IMG/VR virus record: IMGVR_UViG_3300044568_000318
Coordinates: 1 to 56,949 of that record
Length of the DNA: 56,949 bases
Strand: one strand, 5' to 3'
Source of the DNA: a virus
Taxonomy: Duplodnaviria > Caudoviricetes
In this document: in pieces, positions 35,991 to 43,702 of the stretch
Position numbering within the stretch: the first letter of the stretch is position 1
Layout of the letters: each line of letters starts with the position of its first letter
Notes under the pieces: model-generated
Seen by the model: the letters and a program-made list of their open reading frames with translations, nothing else
Databases searched by the model: none
What the model was told of the DNA's origin: nothing
Position numbers and translations under genes: made by a program

Positions 35991-37097
35991 ATGCCTACCA
36001 ACCTCACCGGCAGCGCGATCAACGCAACGTACGATCAGTTGCTGCATGTCGATGACGGCCCGACCGCAACGGAGAAGGTCGTCTACAGTGGCACTGGGGT
36101 TGCTACGGCGCTCAAGGTCGGCACCACGTCGGTTGGGGTTGGCAACTTGAGTCTCGCCGGGAACACGCTTTCCAGCACCAACACCAACGGCAACCTCGTC
36201 CTCGCACCCAACGGCACCGGGTCGGTCGCTATCAGCAAGATCGCCCTGACGGGCGGCACGATCTCCGGCATCACGGACCTTGCTCTCGCTGACGGCGGCA
36301 CAGGTGCCTCAACCGCTGCGGATGCACGGACGAACCTGGGGCTCGGCAGCATCGCTACCCAGGCGTCCAACAACGTCTCCATCACGGGTGGCGCAATCTC
36401 CGGGGTCACGTTCACCGGTACCTTCTCCGGCATCACGGCCATCGAGTCCGGCACGTTCTCGACGAGCAATGCGACGACTGGAGTCACACTGACCAACAAC
36501 ACGTTGTCAGCAGACGGTACCGATACCAACATCGACATCAACGTCACGCCCAAGGGTACGGGCGAGGTGAACGTCACCAACATCGACGTGCTCAGCGGGA
36601 AGGTGCCGTTCGGGGTCATCACCAACCGGGCCTACGCTTCGTTCTCGGACATCACCGACCAGACGGGCAGCACGACTGCTGCAACGGCGGTGAAGTTCGG
36701 TACGACTGAGATCGCTGGTGCTGGTATCACGATGGTGACGGATGGGTCGAACCTGACTCGTCTGACGTTCACTGTGGCTGGCACCTACATGATTGCCCCC
36801 AACCTCCAGTTCGCAAACTCGGACTCCACTGATCACCCCGCGACAATCTGGCTGGCGCTTGATGGCACCAACATCGCTCGCTCGGCTACCAAGATCTCTG
36901 TCCCCAAGGCGGCTGACGGTGGTACGACGTTCTTTCAGATTGCCTTCTACGTTACGGTCACCGCAGGGCAGTATGTCCAGGTGTTGTGGTTGCCCGCGAA
37001 CGTCGCCGTGACACTTGACCACACGGCGGCTGCGGCAGGCCCGCCTGCGGTTCCGGCCATCCCTTCTGCCATCATCATTGCGGAGAGGGTCGCGTAA
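35991..37097 (+). CDS. Fiber-like virion protein
   Basis: STNTNGNLVLAPNGTG, GGTGASTAADARTNLGLG and ITGG repeats; beta-rich C-terminal knob. Confidence 0.75.
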   Translation: MPTNLTGSAINATYDQLLHVDDGPTATEKVVYSGTGVATALKVGTTSVGVGNLSLAGNTLSSTNTNGNLVLAPNGTGSVAISKIALTGGTISGITDLALADGGTGASTAADARTNLGLGSIATQASNNVSITGGAISGVTFTGTFSGITAIESGTFSTSNATTGVTLTNNTLSADGTDTNIDINVTPKGTGEVNVTNIDVLSGKVPFGVITNRAYASFSDITDQTGSTTAATAVKFGTTEIAGAGITMVTDGSNLTRLTFTVAGTYMIAPNLQFANSDSTDHPATIWLALDGTNIARSATKISVPKAADGGTTFFQIAFYVTVTAGQYVQVLWLPANVAVTLDHTAAAAGPPAVPAIPSAIIIAERVA

Positions 37098-37351
37098 TGG
37101 CTAAGACACCTGCATGGCAGCGCAAGGAGGGGAAGGACCCCAAGGGCGGACTCAACGCCGCAGGGCGGGCGTCATACAACCGAGCAAATCCGGGAAAACC
37201 CGGACTGAAGCCTCCGCAGCCCGAAGGTGGCCCTCGGCGGGATTCATTCTGTGCCCGGATGGAAGGGATGAAGAAGAAGCTGACTTCGAAGAAGACGGCT
37301 AACGACCCCAACTCCCGGATCAATAAGAGCCTGCGGGCATGGAACTGCTGA
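37097..37351 (+). CDS. DUF6321-like small basic protein
   Basis: AWQRKEGK.PKGGLN..GRASY...RR.SFCARM...SRINKSLRAWNC. Confidence 0.75.
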   Translation: MAKTPAWQRKEGKDPKGGLNAAGRASYNRANPGKPGLKPPQPEGGPRRDSFCARMEGMKKKLTSKKTANDPNSRINKSLRAWNC

Positions 37352-37352
37352 C

Positions 37353-37526
37353 ATGGCCGAGTCCAAGCCCAACAACCCCGCACTGTGGTCCCGCGTGAAG
37401 GCCGAGGCCAAGCGCAAGTTCGACGTGTACCCCAGCGCCTATGCCAACGCATGGGCTGCGAAGGAGTACAAGGCTCGTGGTGGCTCGTGGTCGGGTGCGG
37501 ACAACCGGGTGAAGAAGCGTGGCTAA
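37353..37526 (+). CDS. 57-aa basic protein (not in ORF track)
   Basis: P.NPALWSRVKAEAKRKFDVYPSAYAN...YKARGG. Confidence 0.7.
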   Translation: MAESKPNNPALWSRVKAEAKRKFDVYPSAYANAWAAKEYKARGGSWSGADNRVKKRG

Positions 37527-37752
37527 GGGTGGCCTCGGCAAGTGGTTCGGTGAGAAGTGGGTCGATGTCAAGACCGGGAAGGAGTGCGGGCGCTCAGGCG
37601 CGGAGAAGTCCAAGCGTGCGTATCCGGCGTGTCGCCCTCAGGCTGCGGCGCAGCGCATGACCTCCGCCGAGAAGCGCACGATCTCTGGTAAGAAGACCGG
37701 GCCTGCACGACAATCGTGGCCTGTGTCCCCCTCGGGGAAACGAAAGGACTGA
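37519..37752 (+). CDS. Small basic protein (DUF5872-like)
   Basis: GLGKWFGEKWVDV...CGRS...YPACRP. Confidence 0.7.
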   Translation: MAKGGLGKWFGEKWVDVKTGKECGRSGAEKSKRAYPACRPQAAAQRMTSAEKRTISGKKTGPARQSWPVSPSGKRKD

Positions 37753-37753
37753 C

Positions 37754-37930
37754 ATGGCAGAGAAGTGGATCAAGGGGGCTATCAAGAAGCCCGGTGCCCT
37801 GCGCGAAGCGATGGGCGTGAAGAAGGGCGAGACGATCCCTGCGGGTCGCCTTGCTGCTGCGGCAAAGAAGCCGGGGAAGATGGGCCAGCGTGCCCGTCTC
37901 GCGCAAACCTTGCGGAAGCTCGGCAAATGA
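37754..37930 (+). CDS. 58-aa basic protein (not in ORF track)
   Basis: KWIKGAIKKPGAL...RARLAQTL; AAGGA SD. Confidence 0.7.
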   Translation: MAEKWIKGAIKKPGALREAMGVKKGETIPAGRLAAAAKKPGKMGQRARLAQTLRKLGK

Positions 37931-38289
37931 GTACGATGTGGATCCGTGTGAAGAAGGACGGGTTCCTCTACCCGTACGACGACATCCTCGCCAAGAACTC
38001 GGACTGCGAGGTCATCCCTGAGGAAGTCGCCTTTCCGCAGAAGTTCATCACTCCGGAAGTACAGGAGGCCATCGAGCGGTATGCTGTCGTGGACGACACC
38101 CCTGCACCTGCACCGGAACCGGAGCCCGCCCCCGAGCCGGAGCCAACCCCAGCCCCTGTTGCTGCCAAGCGCCCCCGTGGACGGCCCAAGAAGGCTGCCG
38201 CACTGGATCTCGGGACTGATGACATTCCTGAGCCGCCGCAGTACACTCCGCCCGAGTTGGCGGCAGAAGCTGCCCGAGGACTGCCGTGA
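37927..38289 (+). CDS. Hypothetical protein with Pro/Glu linker and AT-hook-like RGRP motif
   Basis: ATGA overlap; KRPRGRPKK. Confidence 0.65.
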   Translation: MSTMWIRVKKDGFLYPYDDILAKNSDCEVIPEEVAFPQKFITPEVQEAIERYAVVDDTPAPAPEPEPAPEPEPTPAPVAAKRPRGRPKKAAALDLGTDDIPEPPQYTPPELAAEAARGLP

Positions 38290-38930
38290 CCCCCAACGAG
38301 ATCATCACCGAGGCACGTCGGCTGATCAGTGACACGAAGGTCACGTATCGGTATTCGGATGCCATCATGCTCGGGTGGGTCAACATGACCCTGCGGCGCA
38401 CTGCTGTGCTGCGCCCCGACTTGTTCGGTGTGATCGGGGACATCGCCACGACTCCCAACACGGTGCTGCAATCGACCCCGTCCGACTCGCTTCGGCTGAT
38501 CGAGATCTTCCAGGTCAAGAACGGGGATGCGGTCACCGAGTCTCGGCGGGAGACGCTGGATCAGATGTACCCGAACTGGGTGAACGAAGCAGCCAGTACG
38601 CCGGTCAACTTCATGCGCCACGTGCGCAACCCCAACAAGTTCTTCGTCTACCCCCGCCCCACGGCTGGAGTCATCCTCGTCGGTGAGTACGCTCAGGTTC
38701 CGCCGAACTACGCCCTGAACGATACGATCCTGCGCATCCCTGATGCGTTCTTCCCCGTCCTGGTGGACGGCGTCGTGTTCCTCGCGGAGTCGGTGGACAA
38801 CGAGCACGTGAACTCCGGACGGGCCAAGCTCTTCCAGGATGCGTACACCCAGGCGCTGGGTGTGTCGTTGCAGTCCAGGGTCGTCACGGACACTGAAGAA
38901 AGCGGCATGGACCCGAAGCAGGTGATCTGA
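38286..38930 (+). CDS. Head-tail adaptor protein
   Basis: Position; RYSD...WVN...RPDLF and FFVYP.P motifs. Confidence 0.7.
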   Translation: MTPNEIITEARRLISDTKVTYRYSDAIMLGWVNMTLRRTAVLRPDLFGVIGDIATTPNTVLQSTPSDSLRLIEIFQVKNGDAVTESRRETLDQMYPNWVNEAASTPVNFMRHVRNPNKFFVYPRPTAGVILVGEYAQVPPNYALNDTILRIPDAFFPVLVDGVVFLAESVDNEHVNSGRAKLFQDAYTQALGVSLQSRVVTDTEESGMDPKQVI

Positions 38931-39703
38931 TGGCTGACCGCACCTTCGCCTCCCTCGTGCCTCGGCTGAACCCCAGCGTGCCTGGGTGCCCTCAGCAGAC
39001 GATGTTGCAGTACATCCGGGACGCTGCGATCCGGGCGTGTGAGCGTTCGCTCATGTGGCGCTACCAAGTGCCGCTGTTCAACCTCCTGCCTGGGGTGCAC
39101 GAGTACACCTACAACAAGCCCATGAGCGCGGATGTGCACGTGCTCTTCGAGGCGCTGATGAACGACGAACCGCTGCAACGGCTGACGCTGGAGCAGGCAA
39201 TCGTGCAGTTCCCGAAGTGGGCGGACCTGTACAGCGGGGAGGATCCCTCGGTTGTGTGGAGCCTGACGCCTCCTGGCGTGTTCAACGGGCAGCAGTACAA
39301 CGAGCAGTTGTTCAACGGCGGGTCAGGGTACGTCCTGCCGGACGCCATCGTCGCTGATGGTTCACAACCTCAGGCTGTCTGTCAGGTCAACCCGGACAAG
39401 TTCATCGTCCTGCCGTTGCCGGACGCGGAGCGCACCTACCGGATGCGCATGTTCGTGGCCCTCAAGCCCAAGCGCACGGCCACGGGGATGGATGAGGTGG
39501 CGTTCGGAGAACTGGAAGATGTCATCCTTCATGGTGCGCTGCAACATCTGCTGGTCCTTCCGAATGTTCATTGGTCGGATCGTGAGCTTGCTGCGTACCA
39601 CGCGAAGCAGTACACCTTCCACCTTGCCGAGCGCCGTGCCCGCGCCAACCTGGGCAACATGCGGGGTACCCTGCTTGCCCGATTCCCCGGATTCGGAGTG
39701 TGA
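38930..39703 (+). CDS. Second adaptor-like tail protein
   Basis: VPGCP...AAIRACERS..W; ILHGAL..L..P...WS. Confidence 0.65.
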   Translation: MADRTFASLVPRLNPSVPGCPQQTMLQYIRDAAIRACERSLMWRYQVPLFNLLPGVHEYTYNKPMSADVHVLFEALMNDEPLQRLTLEQAIVQFPKWADLYSGEDPSVVWSLTPPGVFNGQQYNEQLFNGGSGYVLPDAIVADGSQPQAVCQVNPDKFIVLPLPDAERTYRMRMFVALKPKRTATGMDEVAFGELEDVILHGALQHLLVLPNVHWSDRELAAYHAKQYTFHLAERRARANLGNMRGTLLARFPGFGV

Positions 39704-39704
39704 G

Positions 39705-40025
39705 ATGGCCCTCAAGATCACCAACAACGCCTTTGCCACTGTCCCTGCGGCAGTGACGAGCATCCAGACCTCTCTCACGGTCACTACGGGCCAGGGTGCC
39801 CGGTTCCCGTCGCTCGGTGGGTCGGACTACTTCTATGCCACGCTGGTCGATGTCAGTGGCAACTACGAGATCGTCAAGGTCACGGCACGCACAGATGACG
39901 TGATGACCATCGTCCGAGGACAGGAGAGCACCCTGGCTATTCCGTTCCCCGCCAACAGCCGCCTTGAGTTGCGCGTCACGGCGGAGAACATCGACATCAA
40001 CAACCAGGACGTGCTGCTCCTATGA
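39705..40025 (+). CDS. Tail fiber N-terminal anchor-like protein, paralog A
   Basis: NNA...FPSL...YFYATL...EIVKVTAR...RGQE...ELRVTA. Confidence 0.7.
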   Translation: MALKITNNAFATVPAAVTSIQTSLTVTTGQGARFPSLGGSDYFYATLVDVSGNYEIVKVTARTDDVMTIVRGQESTLAIPFPANSRLELRVTAENIDINNQDVLLL

Positions 40026-40516
40026 CCGTCAAGCTCAAGAACAACGTCGTCGGCTACCTTGCCACGACGATCAACGCTTCCGACACCGGCATCGTCCTTC
40101 AGGCTGGCAACGGGGCGAACTTCCCGTCCCTTGGTGCGGGAGAGTACTTCTACGCCACGCTGGTGAGCACTGGCGGCACGCTTGAGGTCATCAAGGTCAC
40201 TGCCCGGGTGGGTGACACCATGACCGTCGTGCGAGCGCAGGAAGGCACCTCGGCAACGGGCTTCGCCGCTGGGTCGCGGCTGGAGCAGCGGGTCACTGCG
40301 CAGTCGGTCACAGACGCAATTCAGGACAACTACCGTAGTACGCCGTCTCCGTCTACCGGAACTGGCGCACAAACGGTGTTCTCGGTGGCGTCCCAGCCTG
40401 TCGCTGTGTTTGTCAACGGGGTCTATCAGAACCGGAATACCTATACCTATGCTTCCGGTGCTGTGACGTTCAGCCAAGCACCGCCAGTGACGGCTACCAT
40501 CGAGTTCGTCCTCTGA
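40022..40516 (+). CDS. Tail fiber N-terminal anchor-like protein, paralog B
   Basis: Same motif set plus a C-terminal VFVNGVYQ...VTFSQAP domain. Confidence 0.7.
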   Translation: MTVKLKNNVVGYLATTINASDTGIVLQAGNGANFPSLGAGEYFYATLVSTGGTLEVIKVTARVGDTMTVVRAQEGTSATGFAAGSRLEQRVTAQSVTDAIQDNYRSTPSPSTGTGAQTVFSVASQPVAVFVNGVYQNRNTYTYASGAVTFSQAPPVTATIEFVL

Positions 40517-40526
40517 GGAGTCTGAG

Positions 40527-41000
40527 ATGCTCAAGACTGTAGGCAATCCTTCTATTCGCGTTGGCGATCAGACGATCAACAACGGCGATCTCGTCATCGG
40601 GACGGCTGGGGACGGCGTCAACTTCACCGCCAACACCCCCGCAGCGGGGATGACGAGCCAGTTGCTGAACTGGTATGAGGAGGGGACTTGGACTGCCACA
40701 CTTGGGCCGGGGGTCACAGTCAATTCAGGTTCATGGGCTGCAACTGCGACTTACACGCGCATTGGTAGAACTGTGTTTTGGAATGTTGTGCAAACAAGCG
40801 GCAACATTTCTGCATCTGCGGGTGTGGAAATTTTTTCAGGGCTGCCCTTTGCTTCAGTTCGCGCATCGGCTTGCACATACACAAACTCCGCCGTCAGTTT
40901 AGCGGGTGTTGGATTAGCTGAAACAAACAGTAAAGTTTATGTTGCGGTTGCAATTACAAATCAAACCGCGTTGCGGTTCAGCGGCACCTACGAAGTTTAA
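40527..41000 (+). CDS. Tail fiber tip-like protein
   Basis: YEEGTWT...YTRIGR.V...SGLPF motif. Confidence 0.7.
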   Translation: MLKTVGNPSIRVGDQTINNGDLVIGTAGDGVNFTANTPAAGMTSQLLNWYEEGTWTATLGPGVTVNSGSWAATATYTRIGRTVFWNVVQTSGNISASAGVEIFSGLPFASVRASACTYTNSAVSLAGVGLAETNSKVYVAVAITNQTALRFSGTYEV

Positions 41001-41009
41001 GGGGTCGTC

Positions 41010-42302
41010 ATGTCTCTGACAAAAGTAACATACTCAATGATTGATGCCAAGATCGCCAATGTGGTGGATTTTGGTGCTGATCCAACTGGTGTTGCCGATT
41101 CGACGGCAGCAATACAGGCCGCGCTAAACGCAGAACTGAACGTCTATATTCCGCCGTCAACCAGCGTTGCATTCAAAATCACTGCGCCTTTAACCATACG
41201 GAATGGCACTACCATTTACATGGACGGTGCACGAATCACCAGCACAGTTGCCGGAATTTTTCGTTTACCTTCTGGCGGCAGGTCAACCATTTACGCTGCG
41301 AATGCCGTGTTGCAAACCGACACAACAACCGCAGGCGCTGCAATTGCTTTGGCCAGCGGAGCGACAACCGTCACAGAATCAAGAATTTACGGATTTCCGC
41401 TAATCATTCAAGCAAACAATCTCGTAGATAATGCGTCCCGTGGTATTGACATGCGCGGGTTTTATCGCTCGTATTTAGAAGTTGCGGTAAGTAACTTTTA
41501 CTACGGCGTTTATGCAGATGGTGATGCCGGCGCTACGTTTGCCACATACTACAACGTGCTGATGAAGCCGGACATTCGGTGCGGTCAGCAAGGCTATGCT
41601 ATTTGGCTGACCAATCTATGCAATGCGTTCACAATTGTCGGTGTCAACATCAACGGTGGCGGCGTGGGGTACGGCGGCATCGTGATTGAGGATTCTGACG
41701 CTAACTCTATTGTTGGCGGGTATCTGGAGAATTTTGCCGCAAATGCCAGTTCGTTTGGTATTTCACTGATTGATTCTAGCGGCATAAACATTTCCGGTGT
41801 AACGTTGGATCAATCTGCTGGCGATCTTACGGCTAACTACGCTTTGAGGTTACTGGGTACAACTGGTGGTTGTTCAATCATCAACCCGCAATTTGCAGGC
41901 TCGTGGAATGACACAACTCGACTGCTACTGAACGCAGCGTCCGGAAAAAATTCGTTTATTGGCAACGGTTATACCAACGTGTTTGCGCTGGGGCAGACAG
42001 GCGCAAGTTTGACCAGCGAAGGGGCATTTCTTGGGCAAACAACCATCACTACAACTAGCGGTAGTACCACTTACCCGTCGGTCAAAACATTCCGCTCAAA
42101 TGAAGGGTTGCTGGTTGAAAACTATGTAGATGTTGGCGGCGCTTCTACGCTGTACCCCGGCATCTACATTGGCACAGGCTCCCCCGAAGGCGTGTATACC
42201 GCTGTTGCCGGCTCAATTTATTTGCGAAAAGATGGCGGTTCTGGCACGTCCTTTTACGTTAAGCAAACCGCGTCTGGTAACACAGGGTGGGCTGCCAAAT
42301 GA
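41010..42302 (+). CDS. Tailspike with pectate-lyase-like beta-helix (putative depolymerase)
   Basis: NVVDFGADPTGVADSTAAIQAA; C-terminal GSPEG...GSIYLRKDGG...YVK...GW. Confidence 0.82.
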   Translation: MSLTKVTYSMIDAKIANVVDFGADPTGVADSTAAIQAALNAELNVYIPPSTSVAFKITAPLTIRNGTTIYMDGARITSTVAGIFRLPSGGRSTIYAANAVLQTDTTTAGAAIALASGATTVTESRIYGFPLIIQANNLVDNASRGIDMRGFYRSYLEVAVSNFYYGVYADGDAGATFATYYNVLMKPDIRCGQQGYAIWLTNLCNAFTIVGVNINGGGVGYGGIVIEDSDANSIVGGYLENFAANASSFGISLIDSSGINISGVTLDQSAGDLTANYALRLLGTTGGCSIINPQFAGSWNDTTRLLLNAASGKNSFIGNGYTNVFALGQTGASLTSEGAFLGQTTITTTSGSTTYPSVKTFRSNEGLLVENYVDVGGASTLYPGIYIGTGSPEGVYTAVAGSIYLRKDGGSGTSFYVKQTASGNTGWAAK

Positions 42303-42394
42303 TTGGCCCGCACCTTCTCAACACACAATCCCAAACCCGTACTGGCCCGGTAGACCAGTGCGCAACTTGAGCAACCAAACACCGGAACAAAATC

Positions 42395-42451
42395 ATGGCC
42401 ACCAACAGCCAAATCCCCTTCTCTCCCCAAGGCCCCACCATCGGAGACTGA
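42395..42451 (+). pseudogene. Truncated N-terminus of a homolog of the downstream gene
   Basis: MATNSQIPFSPQGPTI versus MDVNAFSPTGLTV. Confidence 0.45.
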
Positions 42452-42452
42452 G

Positions 42453-42785
42453 ATGGATGTCAATGCTTTCAGCCCCACCGGACTCACGGTGTCGTTCACT
42501 GCCGCCAACACTGTACCAACGTCGGCACAGGCAGCTTCGTCCGCGCCTACAACTCGTCCTGCACGGCAATACCGTGTGGTGAACTCCGGGGACGTGCTTG
42601 TCCTACTCGGAGTGGGTGTCGACGACACCGCTGCCAAGGCTGCCGCAGCATCTATTGCCGCAGGCGCAGTTCCTCTCGTCCCCGGAGCAGTCGAGATTCT
42701 CGGCTTCCCCGCTGGGTCTTTCTTCACCGGCAAGACTGCTTCCGGTACGTCGGTGGTGTACGTCACCCCCGGTGAAGGTCTGTAA
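42453..42785 (+). CDS. Small virion protein
   Basis: Beta-rich; ends VYVTPGEGL. Confidence 0.65.
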   Translation: MDVNAFSPTGLTVSFTAANTVPTSAQAASSAPTTRPARQYRVVNSGDVLVLLGVGVDDTAAKAAAASIAAGAVPLVPGAVEILGFPAGSFFTGKTASGTSVVYVTPGEGL

Positions 42786-42804
42786 CCGCAACTAGGAGGC
42801 CACC

Positions 42805-42945
42805 ATGCCTGGAATGATGATGAAGCAAGCCAAGAAGCCCATGTCCTACCAGAAGGGTGGGCCCGTGTTCAAGCCGTGTCCGCAGTGCCCGAACGCTGCG
42901 AAGTGCAAGGCAATGGGCAAGTGCATGTTGAAGGCCAAGAAGTGA
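42805..42945 (+). CDS. 46-aa Lys/Met-rich Cys4 peptide (not in ORF track)
   Basis: AGGAGG SD; YQKGG..FKPCPQCP..KCKAMGKC. Confidence 0.65.
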   Translation: MPGMMMKQAKKPMSYQKGGPVFKPCPQCPNAAKCKAMGKCMLKAKK

Positions 42946-43343
42946 ATCCCCTGCTTCTCGGTCCCATCCTGGAGGTCGGCAAGACCCTCCTGGATCGTTT
43001 CGTCCCTGACCCCGAGGCGAAGCGGCAGGCCGAGGCCGACTTCCTGCGCATGGCGATGGAGGGGGAACTCAAGCAGACCATCGCCCAGTTGGAAATCAAC
43101 GCCAAGGAAGCTGCGCACCCCAGTACCTGGGTGGCTGGCTGGCGTCCGTACTTCGGCTGGGTGGGCGGCACTGCCTTCGCCTACGCGGGTATCATCAAGC
43201 CCCTCTTGACCTGGGTGGCTGCGATCAAGGGCTGGCCTGCACCTCCTGACATCGACACGGATTTCTTGTGGGTGGTCGTTTCGGGCCTGCTGGGTATTAG
43301 TGGGTTCAGGACAATGGAGAAGTTCAAGGGAGTGACCAAGTGA
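42942..43343 (+). CDS. Holin (3TM-type)
   Basis: DRFVPDP...EIN..EA...AGWRP..GW...GLLG...RT.EK; adjacent to the endolysin. Confidence 0.8.
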   Translation: MNPLLLGPILEVGKTLLDRFVPDPEAKRQAEADFLRMAMEGELKQTIAQLEINAKEAAHPSTWVAGWRPYFGWVGGTAFAYAGIIKPLLTWVAAIKGWPAPPDIDTDFLWVVVSGLLGISGFRTMEKFKGVTK

Positions 43344-43702
43344 ACTGGTCCGACTACCCCAACTTCTCCGAGGTCGAGTTCCGTTGTCGGCACTGCGGCA
43401 AGGCGGAGATGAAGCCGGAGTTCCTTGCCAAGTTGCAGGAGCTTCGGCTTGCGTACGGGCGTCCCATGAATGTCTCTTCCGGCTACCGCTGCCCGGACCA
43501 CCCCATCGAGAAGGCCAAGCCTGAGCCCGGTATGCACTCCACGGGGCTGGCAGCAGACGTTGCCGTCCTGGGTACCGATGCCTTCGAGATCGTGCGCCTG
43601 GGGCTGCAACTGGGCTTCACGGGCCTGGGTGTGCAGCAGAAGGGCACCGGCAGGTTCATCCACCTGGACATCCGCAAGACGCCAATGGTCTGGAGCTACT
43701 GA
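43340..43702 (+). CDS. Endolysin, peptidase M15A family
   Basis: NFS..EF.C.HCG, SSGYRC, H..G.AAD, FIHLD. Confidence 0.88.
   Translation: MNWSDYPNFSEVEFRCRHCGKAEMKPEFLAKLQELRLAYGRPMNVSSGYRCPDHPIEKAKPEPGMHSTGLAADVAVLGTDAFEIVRLGLQLGFTGLGVQQKGTGRFIHLDIRKTPMVWSY

Noticed and set aside
33454-42302. Diversity-generating retroelement acting on tail fibers
   Set aside because: No reverse transcriptase or TR/VR pair seen.
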